Below are positions 34,765 through 48,500 of a stretch of 64,000 nt of DNA, in pieces (position 1 is the first letter of the stretch; every line of letters begins with the position of its first letter). Below the pieces are notes generated by a model. That model did no database searches and was not told the DNA's origin. It was given only the letters and a program-made list of their open reading frames with translations. Position numbers and translations under genes: made by a program. This DNA is from Azolla caroliniana (lineage: Eukaryota > Plantae > Polypodiophyta): the NCBI GenBank assembly GCA_043228905.1, contig JBHGNT010000017.1, positions 2,790,001-2,854,000 on the forward strand, read 5' to 3'.

Positions 34765-35996
34765 ATGGCAAACTCGGGCAAGAAAATGCTCGGTAGATAA
34801 ACTTACTACAAAGAACTAAAGGATTTGGAAATGGAGGATGGAGCTACTGCTTGACTTGGAGGAGCTACTTGAAGCCACCACAAGAACTTGTCAAGCACCA
34901 AAAAGTACACAATCAGAAGCATGGAAAGAATGTAAAAACAAAGACAAAAGGGCAAAGCTTGATATACTGCTACATATAGAAGACAAGCAGGCGATTGTAG
35001 TAGAAATGTGGTTCAAACTAAAACAAATGTTTCATACTCTTCTTACCGTGTTTCTAGAATCCATACTCTTGCTACCTTGTTTCACATGTGTATTTTGCAG
35101 GAAGAAGATTCAGATGTTCTTACCTGTTGGATACTTGGGAGACATATCTCGAAGAAGCCGCCACTACAGGAAATGAAATCTCGGAAGAAATGAAGATTGG
35201 GCTCCTATTGAGTAAAATTCAAGAATCCTGAAGCATGTTTGTCACTACGTTTGATTACCAAGATCCGCCATGAAAAAATTCGGCGGAAATTAAAAGAATC
35301 CACTCCGTCTCTGGCAATGACTGCAGCATTTCGCAAAACACAAAAATCATCTTATAATAATAGATATAGAGCTAAATTAGATACTTATGGAAAATTATAC
35401 AAAAATATCAAGTACCAACAAGGTAAATGATGCTTGGAAAGCTTCAACAAAACAGTCAAATCGTGGTTTCAAACTTATTTGCAGATACCGTAAGAAAGAA
35501 GGGCATATAGAAATGGTATGTCAATTCAAGCAAGCTGCAGAAAACAAAAGACAATCACAATAGAATAATGCAACATTAGAAGGAAAATCAAACTCGAAAT
35601 TAGAAGAATATTCAGAATTTGGAGGGGATTTAGATGAAATACTAGAAGATGATAATGTCTTGTAGGCATACCATGTCACTGCAAAAGAGGCAAAAATTGA
35701 ACATGATACATGGTACCTAAACACTAGTGCTACACATCACCTCACATATCGAAAGGACTGGTTAAACCGCTATCACGTTCTGTCCAATTCATTATCAGTT
35801 ACTTTTGGAGACAACATACGAAAAACAACAATCGTGAAAGGAAGTATTCAATTCAGATTGTCAGATAATAACGAGATTATAGTCCCAAATGTCTATTATG
35901 AACCAGGACTAGCTTTCTGTAAAGAGAAAGCAATTCTATTTTTCAAAAATGGAAACACAAGTACACGGTGTGTCCTAAGGAGAAGCACTTAATATA
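34765..35996 (+). mobile_element. Highly degenerate Copia gag-protease
   Basis: Gag-like WKECKNKDKRAKLDILL, zinc-knuckle remnant CRYRKKEGHIEMVC (~35480) and protease-like WYLNTSATHH (~35710). Confidence 0.7.
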
Positions 35997-36632
35997 TGTT
36001 GAGAAGCAAGCACAACATGGGTTGTATCGGCTGAAGAAGTCGAGCGCTGGATCAGATGAAGACCCATCGGATAAGCTGACAGGCCATTAGAGGCCTATAT
36101 TCCTATTCTATTAAATAGGAATACTTTTAGGAGTTAGTGTCAAATGATCTTATGTGAGCATTAAAGTATCAATGATACTTGTGTTAGCATGCTGTCAGGG
36201 CTTGTATAAAAGTGCTCATTGAGTATAATCATATGTACAGAGTGTATTATTTTTTAATTGAGTTTTTTAGTCTTTTGCTATCTCTGTCTCTCTCGCTCCA
36301 ACTCTCTGTGTAGAATCTTTGTGTTTTCTCTATTGCTGTCCGGGTGAGCTGACTGTGTTTATTGCTCATAAGTTTCCACATATGAAACTCTTTACATGGT
36401 ATCAGAGCGCGAGGGTTGAGAATCCTCTACTGCTGACAAGCGCTTTAACATAGGCAAGTTTTTAATCTCCGAACTAGAACAAATAGAAAAATGGACAGAG
36501 GAATAGGTGGCGCTCTTTCGATAGAGAAGTTGGACGGAAGCAACTACGCATATTGGAAGTACAAGACGCACCAGTTCCTGCTTAGGCACTACTACTTGAG
36601 TTACATCCATGGAGAAAACGAAGTATTACTAG
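35997..36632 (+). mobile_element. Copia 5' LTR (35997-36396), PBS and gag start
   Basis: TGTTGAGAAG...TTTACA, TGGTATCAGAGC at 36397, gag MDRGIGGALSIEKLDGSNY. Interrupted at 36633. Confidence 0.8.
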
Positions 36633-36932
36633 TGTTGGGAATCAAGCTCAACTTGATCTAGTGTGTGAACTCACCTTGAGAGTGAATAAACACTCCAACG
36701 GTCAAGAGTCACCACTATGTCACCACTTTGTATTCTAGCATTTAGTATGAGTGATAGAATCATATTCTATGACACATAACTTATGAGCTTTCAAATTCCC
36801 CATGCTCCATGAGTCTTGTAGTTAATGAAGAGAGAGGGTGACTATACAAAGCACCCTCCTCCCACCTTGTACATGTTAAGTCTTTCTCCTTTGTTAATAC
36901 ACTTTTACCTTGCGTATTCTCTGTGTCTTACT

Positions 36933-36970
<38 letters not shown>

Positions 36971-39900
36971 CACACACATAACTCACATCTCTTCCACCTC
37001 ACAAGAATCATATCCGATTCTTTACATGGTATCAGAGCGATTTGGGAGCTCGATCTAGCCCATTCGCCTCATCGTGATCGTGTGTTGTGCTCTACGCCGA
37101 CGACCAAGAACTGGCTCATCACTATCGTAGCTTCACTACATAGCTCGCATTCGAAGAGAGAAGAAGAAGAAGAAGAAGAATCGACATAATGAATACTCAA
37201 ATGGGGAGCGCTCTCCCTACCGAGAAGTTGGATCGAAACAACTTCGCATCTTGGGAGTACAAGATGCACCAATACCTTGTCGGACAAGGCTATTGGAGCT
37301 ACATCAAAGGAGAGCACGAAGACTGACCCGCTGAAGCGGCTCCCGGATACGCGACATGGGAGCTGTAAACGATTACTTGCGGAAGTGTTAGAAAATAGAG
37401 AAGGTAGGGAATACACAGAGTACACGGGAGAGACAGAGAGAGCAGAACTTCAAGGCTATATTCAAAAACGATAAAAACACTCTGTACATACAACTATGCT
37501 GAGTAACATTATTTATACAAGTCCTCGTGGGACTGACAGAAGTACCGCGTACTTCAATGCTCACACGAGCATTTGACACTTACTATGAGACTATAGTTGC
37601 CTAGTAGTGTACACTAATACTAGGCTTCCGGTTACTGATTGGATCCGGCTAACCAGCTCCCCAACTCACTGGCTCGGTTGCTCACAGCTTACCGATCCGT
37701 CTCGCTTGCCGGCTCAGGCTTATTCAGCTAATCCGGCTCCAGTTGAGCTTGCCGCTCAACACTCCCCCTCAAGCTCAACTTGAGGTTGGATCTTAGTGTC
37801 AGTCTCTGTGGCAGCCGATTCTTCCAACCGACTTTTCCTGGCGTTGCTTCGCCTTGATCGCGCTCCTCGTCCGGTCCAGTTCTGTTGGCCGCGACCCCTC
37901 CTGTTCTGCACGCCTCGATCTTCTAGGTCGGTATGTTTGCTCAATAGGCCCCTCTCAGCTCCTTCGCTGCTATGACTCCAACGCTTATCGATCTGTCGGT
38001 TTCTCCGTGATGGCATCGACTTCCGCTGCATCTGTGTCTGCTTGGCCTTGAATTGATCCGGTTCTTCCGAATCTGTCTGTTGAACCGAATCGATTGTCTT
38101 CGATTCGTTCCAGCTCTTGTCCGAATCGGTTGCTCCCGATTCGTCTTCTGGTTCCAAACCCATTACCACATCGGACCATGTCCGGGTCTTGGCCTTCTTC
38201 CTTCGGTCGACTCTGTCCTTCTTGACTCTGCCGCCTTTTATTCTTCCCTCACCGGCGCAATCGGCAGTGTCTTTGTCTCTGCCTGTTCCGGTGTCTCTGC
38301 AGTGTGGCACGTCGAGATGCTGAACACCAAGCATGTCGGTAAAGTGCTGCAACTTGTCCGATCCGAGCGGCTTGGTGAAGATGTCGACAACTTGCCGATC
38401 CGTGTGAACATACCGTAGTTCAACTTCACCGCTCAGGACCCGCTCACGCACAAAGTGATAATGCACTTTTATGTGCTTCGTGCAAGCATGGAACACAGGG
38501 TTCTTGGCGAGTTGCATGCTGCTTATGTTGTCGCAGTAGACAAGAATCAGGGTCGGTACCTCGATCTGTAAGTCTTGCAGCAGTCGTCGAAGCCAAATGG
38601 CTTCACAGATGGCAATGGTAGCGCCCCGATACTCAGCCTCAGTGCTCGACAGAGCAACTGTTGGCTGCTTTTTCCTGGTCCACGCAACAACGACGCTACC
38701 TAGGGAAAACATCTAACCGGAGGTTGATCGACGATCTAATGCATCGCTGGCTCAGTCGGCATCCGTGTAACCGACGAGCTCTTCGGTTATACCTCGCTAG
38801 TATAACAGTCCCCGGTCCTTCGTGCCGCTAGCGCGCACTAAAGGTGTTCCACGGTCGGCTTTTGCATGAAATGACTTATCATTGCGCTCGGATAGCTGAT
38901 GTCAGGGCGTGTGATAGTTAGGTAAATAAGGCTTCTGACAATTTGTCAGAACCGTTTCTTGTTGCAGGCTGGTCCGGAGTTGGGACGGAGCTTCTGGTTC
39001 CTGTCCAAGGGTGTGGAGATAGGTCGGCATTCTGTCATGCCGAACTTGTACAACATATTCAAGACATAATGTCGTTGTGAGAGTAATATGCCGTCGGGGG
39101 TTCGGATCACCTCGATCCCAAGAAAATAATGAAGGTCCCCCATGTCCTTCATCTCAAATGCGTTCGACAACTGGGACTTGACGCGGTTGATTTCTGGAAC
39201 ACCCGGTCTGGTGATGACTAGATCATCCATACAACAGTATACATACCAGACCGGCTGAGCCTTGCCGGATGAACAATGAAGAGTCCGATTTGGAGGCCAC
39301 AAACCCCATCTTACGCAACCGGTGCGTGATCTTCGCATTCCAAGCTCGAGGGGCTTGCTTCAGGCCGTACAACGACTTCTTCAGCCGGCATACCGCCGAC
39401 TTGTTCATCTCCGATTGAAAGCCGGGGGGCTGAGTCATAAAGACTTCTTCTTCAAGATCACCTTGAAGAAATGCATTCTTCACATCCTTCTGATGAGGAT
39501 GCCACCCCCTTGCCGCAACAACCGCCAACACCACTCGAACCGTCGTCATCTTCGCAACAGGAGTGAAGGTCTTGTCATAGTCGATTCCATGGGTTTGCGC
39601 ATATCCCTTCGCCACTAATCGGGCTTTATACCGGTTAACCGAACCGTCAATGTTGTACTTTACCTTGTATATCCAGTTGCATCCGATTAGTTTACAGTGA
39701 CGAGGAGGGTCAACCAGGTCCCATGTCTTGTTGACATCAAGTGCCCGCATTTCTTCTTCCATAGCGGCACGCCAATTTGCGTCCTTGGCCGCTTCTGTGT
39801 AGCTCTCCGACTCACGCACTTCCGCCACCTTAGTCATGTACGCATAGTGATGCGCCATGTACTCATTGTACCCGTACCGCTTGACGGGATCCTTCTGGCG

Positions 39901-41629
39901 GGTGGACCGACGTAACTCACTGTTACCCGGTTTGAGGCCCTTGGCCGGTTCGGTCTTCGTTGGCGAAGATCCGCCTTTCTCCTTGCCGGAGTCGGATGCA
40001 CACTGATCCGACTCATCGTTGCTGGTTTCGAATTCCGGCATCTTCTTCTTCCCCTTCTCTTTGCGCGTGAACCGTCGCCTCGGTTCCTTGCGTGGGGAGT
40101 GCACGACAGAGTCTCCATTACGCGCCAGTTCCTCATCGGATTGGTCAGATTGACTCAGTCTCTCGTTTGACCTGCTCAACCGGAACGATTCCGGACTCTC
40201 ATCCTGAGTCCACGCTTCATCATCCTCTACGAAAATCTACGAAAGATTTTCGCGGCGAACACAACCGCAAGAAGGCTTCAACTCCGCCAAGAGTTGAACA
40301 ACATTCAACAACGGGCCATGTCCATCACGACATACACCTTGAAGATCAAAGAGCTTTGCGACTCGCTTGGCTCAATAAGCGTAAGTATCGATGATGATGA
40401 GATGGTGCAAATATGCCTCGGCGGCCTCGCACCACGGTTCGGCGCGATGCAAACCGCCGTTCTAGCAAGGGAGAAATCTCCCTCCTTCGAGCTCCAATCG
40501 ATGCTATTGGTCGAAGAAAACCACGTGCGTACAAGGAGCAATGAGTCGGAAGGCCACATGCATTACACGCACTTGAACGGGGGAAGAGGACGCGGACGAG
40601 CGAGAGGCCGATTCAACCAAGGACAAGGCGGATGAGGTCCGACCTACGACAACAACTCCCAATTTCGGCCGAAAAACGGAAGCCAACGAGGAACCTTTGC
40701 AAGAAGGGGGAGCTTCCACTCCGGCCCGAGCCATCAAAACACAACCGAATGCGGATATTGCGGAAAGCTTGGCCACTATGAAGGAGAGTCCCGAAAGAAG
40801 ATGCGTGAATCAGCTTCCACAAGCCGACAACTCATGAATTACGCGCACAATTCTGACTACGAAGAGTATAGCAGAATGTACGGGCACAACTCCGACTATG
40901 AAGATCGTGGCGGAATGTATGCACACAACTCCGACCGTGGCAGAATGTTCATGATGAAACATAGAGCAAACTTTATGTCGGCCTCTACCTCAACTAATGC
41001 CTCCGGTCCAGAAGACGTATGGTTCGTCGATTCTGGTGCCTCGAACCATATGACATCGCATCAAGAATGGTTCCTAGAACTTCGAGAGCCGGATCGACCC
41101 GGCTATGTCGAAACCGGAGACGACACTACGCACCCGATTCGGCACATCGACAATGTTCCGTTCGGAAAAGAAGGTAAGCAAAATTATATTAAAAATGTCT
41201 TGCATGTATCGACCATTACGAAGAATTTGGTCTCCGTCGGCCAAATTGTAGAGCAAGGGATGCAAGTTCGATTTAATCAAGGCGGTTGCTTCATTGAAAA
41301 AGAGGGCTGATTCATCGCACGCGGATGAAGAGAGGGCCGAATGTTCATTCTCGACTGATAGGAGATGAAATCGGCCATGTTCGCAAAGGGCATGAAAGCC
41401 GACTCCGACATAGAGCTATGGCACAAGCGAACCGGCCACATCAATCTCAACAAACTCAAAGCAATGAAATCGAAATGAGTAGTCATTGGACTTCAGACAT
41501 TCAAAGTGAAGGAGATTGAAGGTGTATGTGAAGCATGCCAATTCGGAACGCAACACCGACACTTCCCGAAAGAGCGGAATGTGAGCAAAGGTCTACTCGA
41601 TGCCAACGTATGGGGACCGGCGCAGACGG
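36633..41629 (+). mobile_element. Copia element X1 (LTR 36633-37026; gag, protease, integrase start)
   Basis: Met-i PBS at 37027, gag MNTQMGSALPTEKLD, WFVDSGASNHM and GAG-pre-integrase. Interrupted by 37364-40231 and cut at 41630. Confidence 0.9.
37364..40231 (-). mobile_element. Nested inverted Copia 3' half (RT, RNase H, PPT, 3' LTR 37364-37761)
   Basis: YKARLVAKGY, LYGLKQAPRAW, SSTEAEY and YCDNISS motifs; PPT GAGGGGGAG at 37762-37770. Confidence 0.92.
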
Positions 41630-44490
41630 TGTCATGAAGAAAACTGTCCCTAGGCGGAAACCGAGTTTAGCATGTGTAAACCGGCCCTTGCACGTGAGCA
41701 CACTTTTCGTTGTATAGTAAGTAGGTAGGTACAAGTCGGCTGAGGTGAAATCCTAGGTAGCACGCATTCAATAGGGAGAGAATCGAATTGTATCTCTGTC
41801 CGAAAGGACAGAGAATTAATATGATGTAACGGGTGATAACGACCTCCCTCCTTGGGCTATAAAAGAGAGGGAGATGAATGAAAAAGATATCGCGCGTTAG
41901 AGAGAACGAGGTGCTGCCGAGCCCTTCTTCTCTGCCACTCTCCATAGCCATTTTTGCGCAGGCTTTCGGGAGGTTGACTCTGCTCAGTGGAACGCCCGTG
42001 TGCTTCCGGCAGAGACTCCATCTCGCTCTTTTGTGTGGGTGTGTGAACAGGCGTCGGTGTCCGCCTTGCCGGCCTGTTAGTTGTAACCGTCTTGATATAT
42101 ATATACATTTATATACATACGTGTTCATATACTCGGACTTCGAGTCATCTCGTTTGCTGTGTTGTTGGACTGTGATTTCTGTGTGCTCCCGTGTCAGTGC
42201 GTGTGCAAGTGCGTCTGTTGCCTTTCCGTTCTCCTCCTTCTTAGCTATTTCTCGGTCCAAGGCCCCGGTGGTCCCGTCTCGTTCTCCACACACGCGCGTA
42301 ACAACGCGACATATTTGGTGAACCCGACGTTAACAGGCGGTAGAGGAATAGAAAGATGAGGGGGTCGGATCTCGTGGAAGCCATGGCTTCGGTTGTGGAT
42401 CGGATAGTGAGTGTGCGCGAAGGCGCAGGCGTCCTCGATAGGGCAATAGAAGCGGTCGTCGGCGCGATAGGCCGGTTCGACGGGAAGGACGCCACGAGCT
42501 ATTTGGAGGCCTACCGGGCCGAGATGGTAATGAGAGACATTCCGGAAGAAAGGCGACTGACCGGATTCCCTCGGGTGGCGATGCCGGGCATCCATGCGGA
42601 GGTGCTCGAGGTACGGGCTGAGAGCCGGACCTGGGAAGAGTTTGAAAGTCGGCTCCTCGAAAAATACGGGCTTGATGACGCGCTTCAGCTCTCGAAACGA
42701 GACTTCATGGAATGGGTAGAGACCCCCGAAAAGGGGAGAAACGTGTGGGTGCTCCTCGGGGAGTTTGAAGAACGCTTCGCGCGTCTTTCGGCGCTCGACC
42801 GGACCGTACTAGACACCAATCGTGTCTTGCTGTTCGTTAAGTTGGTGGATGCGAGGGATCGGGAGCAAGTGGGACTCCTGCTAGAGACTGATGATGGGCT
42901 GACGGCCGACTGGGGCGTGGTGAAGAGAGTCTGTGGCCGTTTCGACAAACGGTGAGAGTGGGTCGATAAAGGATCAACAAGGGCGGGCTCTGTAGCAGCA
43001 AGGAAACTCGAGCCAACCCTGCTAGCATGAAGGGAAGAGACCCCAGACTGGCTCGAGACCGTATCAGCTTCGATCAGCATGGTCAAAGGCTCGTTCGGAT
43101 GAGCAGCTCTAGAGGAGCTGACTAGGATGGTAAAGGACCTCTAGATTGCACAGACACGGAGGGATGGCGGCGAACAGGCCTGTGACCGAAGGCCTTTGGC
43201 TGGAACCCGGTGTTTGTGGTACGACGCGGTCGGCCACGTCCGGAAGGACTGCGGGGACTTCGCCGAGGCAATGAGAGCCAACGTGGTGTACCTATGGAAC
43301 GGTCGGGTGCACGCTAGCGAGACCCGAAGGGCCCTGGACCTGAATGTTGGACGGGGGGGTATGAAACGGCTGATGGAAGAGGCGGCGGCTCGCCACGCAG
43401 AGACCGTCCACTCCTCGACGTCGGCTAGGATCCGGGTTGGAGGTGGTGAGGCTCGGAAGACGAATGAAGCCGGATTCTGGCCGCTGATGCTGGAAGGCCT
43501 CGCTGGCGCACGACTAAGGAAAGAAGAAGCGGACCGTGCGGAAAAACGGGTCCGGGAGGTAACCGGGTGGAGTGACCTGGTCGAAGAGAAGACGGGCTTC
43601 GTTGAAGCCGCATGCCAGAACTACGAGGCTCTGGTGGAAGACAAGAGAGTAGGTAAAAACGGAGGGGCTGGGCCCTCGCAACGGTACGAGACCCGATTCG
43701 GTCAAAGACAGAATGAGGCCGGTGCAACTGGCGCACCGGATAAATCCAAGAAGGCCGGGTACCGGTTGAGCACGGAAATTGAAAGGACCACGGACCTGCG
43801 AAAGGTCTTGGAGGAACGTATCCTCAACAGCAAAGTGGAGCTGTCGCTGAGGGAAGTGCTCGGGATCGCCAAGAAGGAGTTCCACGACTCCATCGTAGAC
43901 TTGGTAAAGAGGAAGAGGCTGTCAACAGAGCCAGAGTCGGAGAAGCTGGTGGAAGTGCGAACCACGCACATAGAGGACATGGCGCTAGAAGACGAGTTGG
44001 CGGAGAGCCACTATTCGAGGCCGCACTAGGCCAGAGGAACCACGGAGACCCCTGTTAAGGTCGGCAGGAGCCGATGGTGGCGTTGGTGGATCACGGTTCA
44101 AAAATCAACTTGATGTTCATGGACTTCTACAAAAAGGGGAAATGGCCGATCAACACCAAACACGGCTGGAAAATACGGGCAGCGATGCGCGCCATGGAAG
44201 AACTACATGGAGCCTGCCCGAATGTACGGGTGAAGATCGGCGATGTCGAGATCGACCGACATTTCTTTGTGCAGGAGACGTGCTCACATCCTGTTATACT
44301 AGGAGAACCATACATCACGGCGGCACGGATGGAAACCAAGGTGCTGGACAACGGTTCGGCCTACGCAAGAGTCAAGAGCCAGGACGGGCGTCACTCGGTC
44401 CAGTTCCTGACGGTGCGACCAAACCATGAGCGTAACCGCGAGACCCTCGGTGGTGAAACCCGAGGGGATTTTTAGAGAGGGCTATCAAGG
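41630..44490 (+). mobile_element. Gypsy-type element 5' half: LTR 41630-42311, tRNA-Trp PBS, gag, protease
   Basis: TGTCATG...CGCGACA LTR and PBS TGGTGAACCCGACGT (42316-42330). Gag RFDGKDATSYL, zinc knuckle CLWYDAVGHVRKDC, protease LVDHGS..VILGEPY. Confidence 0.85.
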
Positions 44491-45554
44491 CGTGGGGCCG
44501 CGATTGTTGGTCGTTCCGTTGTTGCTTGACTTTCTTGCCACTCCTCTCGTGGTCGTGTCAATATTTGTCTTCTTGCCGACTGTTGCGGCAATGCCTGTGA
44601 GGACTGCCCCATTTCCTTTATCGAGGTCTTACGTCCCTTAGTGGCTAATGGCATTAGACATAATATAGTTAGCCATTTTGCAATGATCGGTTTCATGGGT
44701 TTCCCATTCTTAACTCCATGCAACGACTCTACTCTAGTAATGTACCCCCAATTGATTTTTTGTCCATTGTAAAGTTGCAATAATGAATCATGCCCTATGC
44801 TTAGGCATGCAATCAGATCTTGGGCTCACACAAGCCACTTCCAACAGAAAATTTGCTACATCATGAAAGAAAACATCTTGACCCCCTTGCGTTCTATATG
44901 CTTTTGCTGAAGGCAAGCGCTCCCCGTTCTCTTAACTCCATTCGACTTAAATAGTCGGCTATGGCATGTTGCACTCTAGGGTGATGTACGATGTCGAACT
45001 CGAATTCCTATAAGAGAAGCATCCATCTTGCTAATTCCCAGTTAAGGATTAAACCGACACTATGTAAAGTAAGGCAAAATGATCAACATGAAATGTGTAT
45101 TTTTTTGACCAAGAAGGTTGTGTCGAAACTTATTTACACTATACATCAGGCCGAGAGCTTCTCGTTTGGGCATTGAATAATTCCACTCGGCAGTCAACAA
45201 CTTACGACTTGTGTAGTATATTGGTCTGTACCAATTGGGCTTGGATAATTGCATTAATGCACTCCCAATTGCTATATCCGATGCATCGACAAAGACATCA
45301 AAGTATTTCATACAATCCGGTGGTTGAACGACCGGTACTTGTGACAACATCGATTTTAATGAATCATAAGCATCCTGCTCGATAGTCGTCCATTGAAATG
45401 GGGTTCGATGGACCATCGTATGTAATGGTGTAGCTACATCAGCCAAGTAGCGTATCATTCAACTATGCCATTGAATTTGAGCCAAAAATCTACTTAATGC
45501 TTTAGAATTAGTCGGAGGTGGTGCTTGGATGATAGCTTTTACTTTGTTAGGATC
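44491..45554 (-). mobile_element. Gypsy RT/RNase H fragment of another element
   Basis: FQWT..AYDSLK, VFVDASDIAIGSALMQ, RPIYYTSRKL..NYS..REAL. Confidence 0.85.
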
Positions 45555-48500
45555 TGTTGAGAATCAAGCTCAACTTGGTCTAGTGTGTGAACTCACCTTC
45601 AGAGTGAATAGACACTCCAATGGTCAAGGGTCACCATTAAGTCACCTCTTTGTATTCTAGCATTTAGTATGAGTCATAGAATCATATTCTATGACACATA
45701 ACTTATGAGCTTTCACATTCCCCATGCTCCATGAGCCTTGTAGTTAATGAAGAGAGAGGGTGTGTATTCTCTGTGTTATTCCTTATCTCTCTCTCTCTCT
45801 CTCACTCTCTCTCTCATACACACACATAACTCACATCTCTTCCGCTTCACAAGAATCTATCTCTTGATTCTTTACATGGTATCAACGCGATTTGGTAGCT
45901 CGATCTAGCGCATTCGCCTCATCGTGATTGTGTGTTGTGCTCCACGCCGACGACCAAGAACCGGCTCATCGTTATCGTAGCTTCGCTACATAGCACGCAT
46001 TCGAAGAGAGAAGAAGAAGAAGAAGAATCGACATAATGAATACTCAAATGGGGAGCGCTCTCCCTACCGAGAAGTTGGATCGAAACAACTTTTCATCTTG
46101 GGAGTACAAGATGCACCAATACCTTGTCGGACAAGGCTATTGGAGCTACATCAAAGGAGCGCATGAAGACCGACCCGCCGAAGCGGCTCCCGGATATGCG
46201 ACATGGGAGCAAGTCGCAAACCGCGTGATGTATTGTTTGGCAACATGTGTTCACGACCACATGCTCGGGTTACATTCGAGAAGCGAAGACGCCGAAGGAA
46301 GCATGGGAAAATCTACGAAAGATTTTCGTCGCTAACACAACCCCGAGGAAGCTTCAACTTCGCCAAGAGTTGAATAACATTCAACAAAGGGACATGTCCA
46401 TCACGACATACACCTCAAAGATCAAGGAGATTTGCGATTCGCTCGGCTCAATAAGCGTAAATATTGATGATGATGAGATCGTTCAAATATGCCTCGGCGG
46501 CCTCGCACCACGGTTTGGCGCGATGCGAACCACCGTTCTAGCACGGGAGAAATCCCCCTCCTTCTTCGAACTCCAATCAATGCTATTGGTCGAAGAAAAC
46601 CACGTGCGTACAATGAGCAATGAGTCAGAAGGCCACATGCTCTACACGTAATCGAACGGAGCGAGAGGATGCGGACGAGTGAGATGCCGATTCAGCCGAG
46701 GACAAGGTAGACGAGGTCCGACCTACGACAACAACTCCCAATTTCAGCCGCAAAACGGAAGCCAATGAGGAACCTTTGCAAGAAGGGGGAGCTTCTACTC
46801 CGGCCTAAGCCATCTAAACGCAACCGAATGTGGATATTGTGGAAAGCTCAACCACCACGAAGAAGAGTGCTGAAAGAAGATGCGTGAATCAACTTCCACA
46901 AGCCGACAACTCACGAATTACGTGCACAATTCCGACTACGAAGAGTATAGTGGAATATATAGGCACAACTCCGATTACAAAGATCGTGGCGGAATGTATG
47001 CATACAACTCCGACCGTGGCGGAACGTACAGGCACAACTCCGACTACGAACATCGTAGCGGAATGTATGCACACAACTTTGACCGTGGCGGAATGTTCAT
47101 GATGAAACATAAAGCAAACTCTATGTCGGCCGCTACCTCAACTAGTGCCTCCGGTCCGGAAGACATATGGTTTGTCGATTCCGGTGCCTCGAACCATATG
47201 ATATCGCATCAAGAATGGTTCCGAGAACTTCGAGAGTCGGACCGACCCGGCTATGTCGAAACCGGAGACAACTCTACGCACCCGATTCGGCACATCGGCA
47301 ATGTTCCGTTCGGAAAAGAAGGTAAGCAAAATTACATTAAAAATGTCTTGCATGTACCGACCATTACGAAGAATTTGTTCTCCGTCGGCCAAATTGTAGA
47401 GCAAGGGATGCAAGTTCGATTTAATCAAGGCGGTTGCTTCATCGAAAAAGAAGGCCGACTCATCGCACGCGGAAGAAGAGAGGGCCGGATGTTCATTCTC
47501 GATTCGCACGAGATGAAATCCGCCATGTTCGCGAAAACCATGAAAGCCGACTCCGACATAGAGCTATGGCATAAGCGAATTGGCCAATTCAATCTCAACA
47601 AACTCAAAGCAATGAAATCGAAAGGAGTCGTCATCGGACTCCCGACATTCAAAGAGAAGGAGATTGAAGGTGTATGCGAAGCATGCCAATTCGGCAAGCA
47701 ACACCGACACACATTTCCGAAGGAGCGGAATGTGAGCAAATGCGTACTCGACGTAATTCATTTCCGATGTATGGGTTCTGGCTCAAACGGCGACATTCGG
47801 CGGATGCCGATATTACGTGCTCTTCATCGACGACTTCTCCAAGCACACTTAGATCTACCCGATGCGGCAAAAGAGCGAAGTGTTCAGACACTTCCAAACA
47901 ATCAAGAATGAAGTCGAGAAAGCCATGGACCGACATGTACGTTGTCTTCGATTGGATGGCGGGAAGGAGTACATGGTGTATCTCCGAAAGGAAGGAATTT
48001 GGTGAGAATTCACTTGCCGACACACTCCGCAACAAAACTGGGTAGCTGAGCGCAAAAATCGGCACATCCTCGAAGTAGCACGGGCAATGATGAATGAGAA
48101 GCATATGCCCAAGTCTTATTGGGCCGAAGTTGCAAATATGGTCGTGTACCTAATGAACCGGTGCACAACATCCGGCATGCACGAGGTCACTCTGCCCGAA
48201 AGATTCTTCAGAAAGAAGCCGAACCTATCACATGTTCGGATATTCGGCTCCATTGCGTACGTGCACATCCCCGACGAGAAGCGTCAAAAGCTCGACCCGA
48301 AGTCGGAGAAATGTATCCTCGTAGGATACTCACTGGAGAAAAAGGGGTACAAGTGCTACAACCCTTCAACTTGAAAATCTCAAGTAAGTCGAGACGTCGT
48401 TTTTGACGAGTCCGCATCCTGGTACGCACCAGAAACAACTCTAACTCCGACTCCGACTCCGACTCCGCTCGACCCGGAATTCGTTGAATGAGAGATACAG

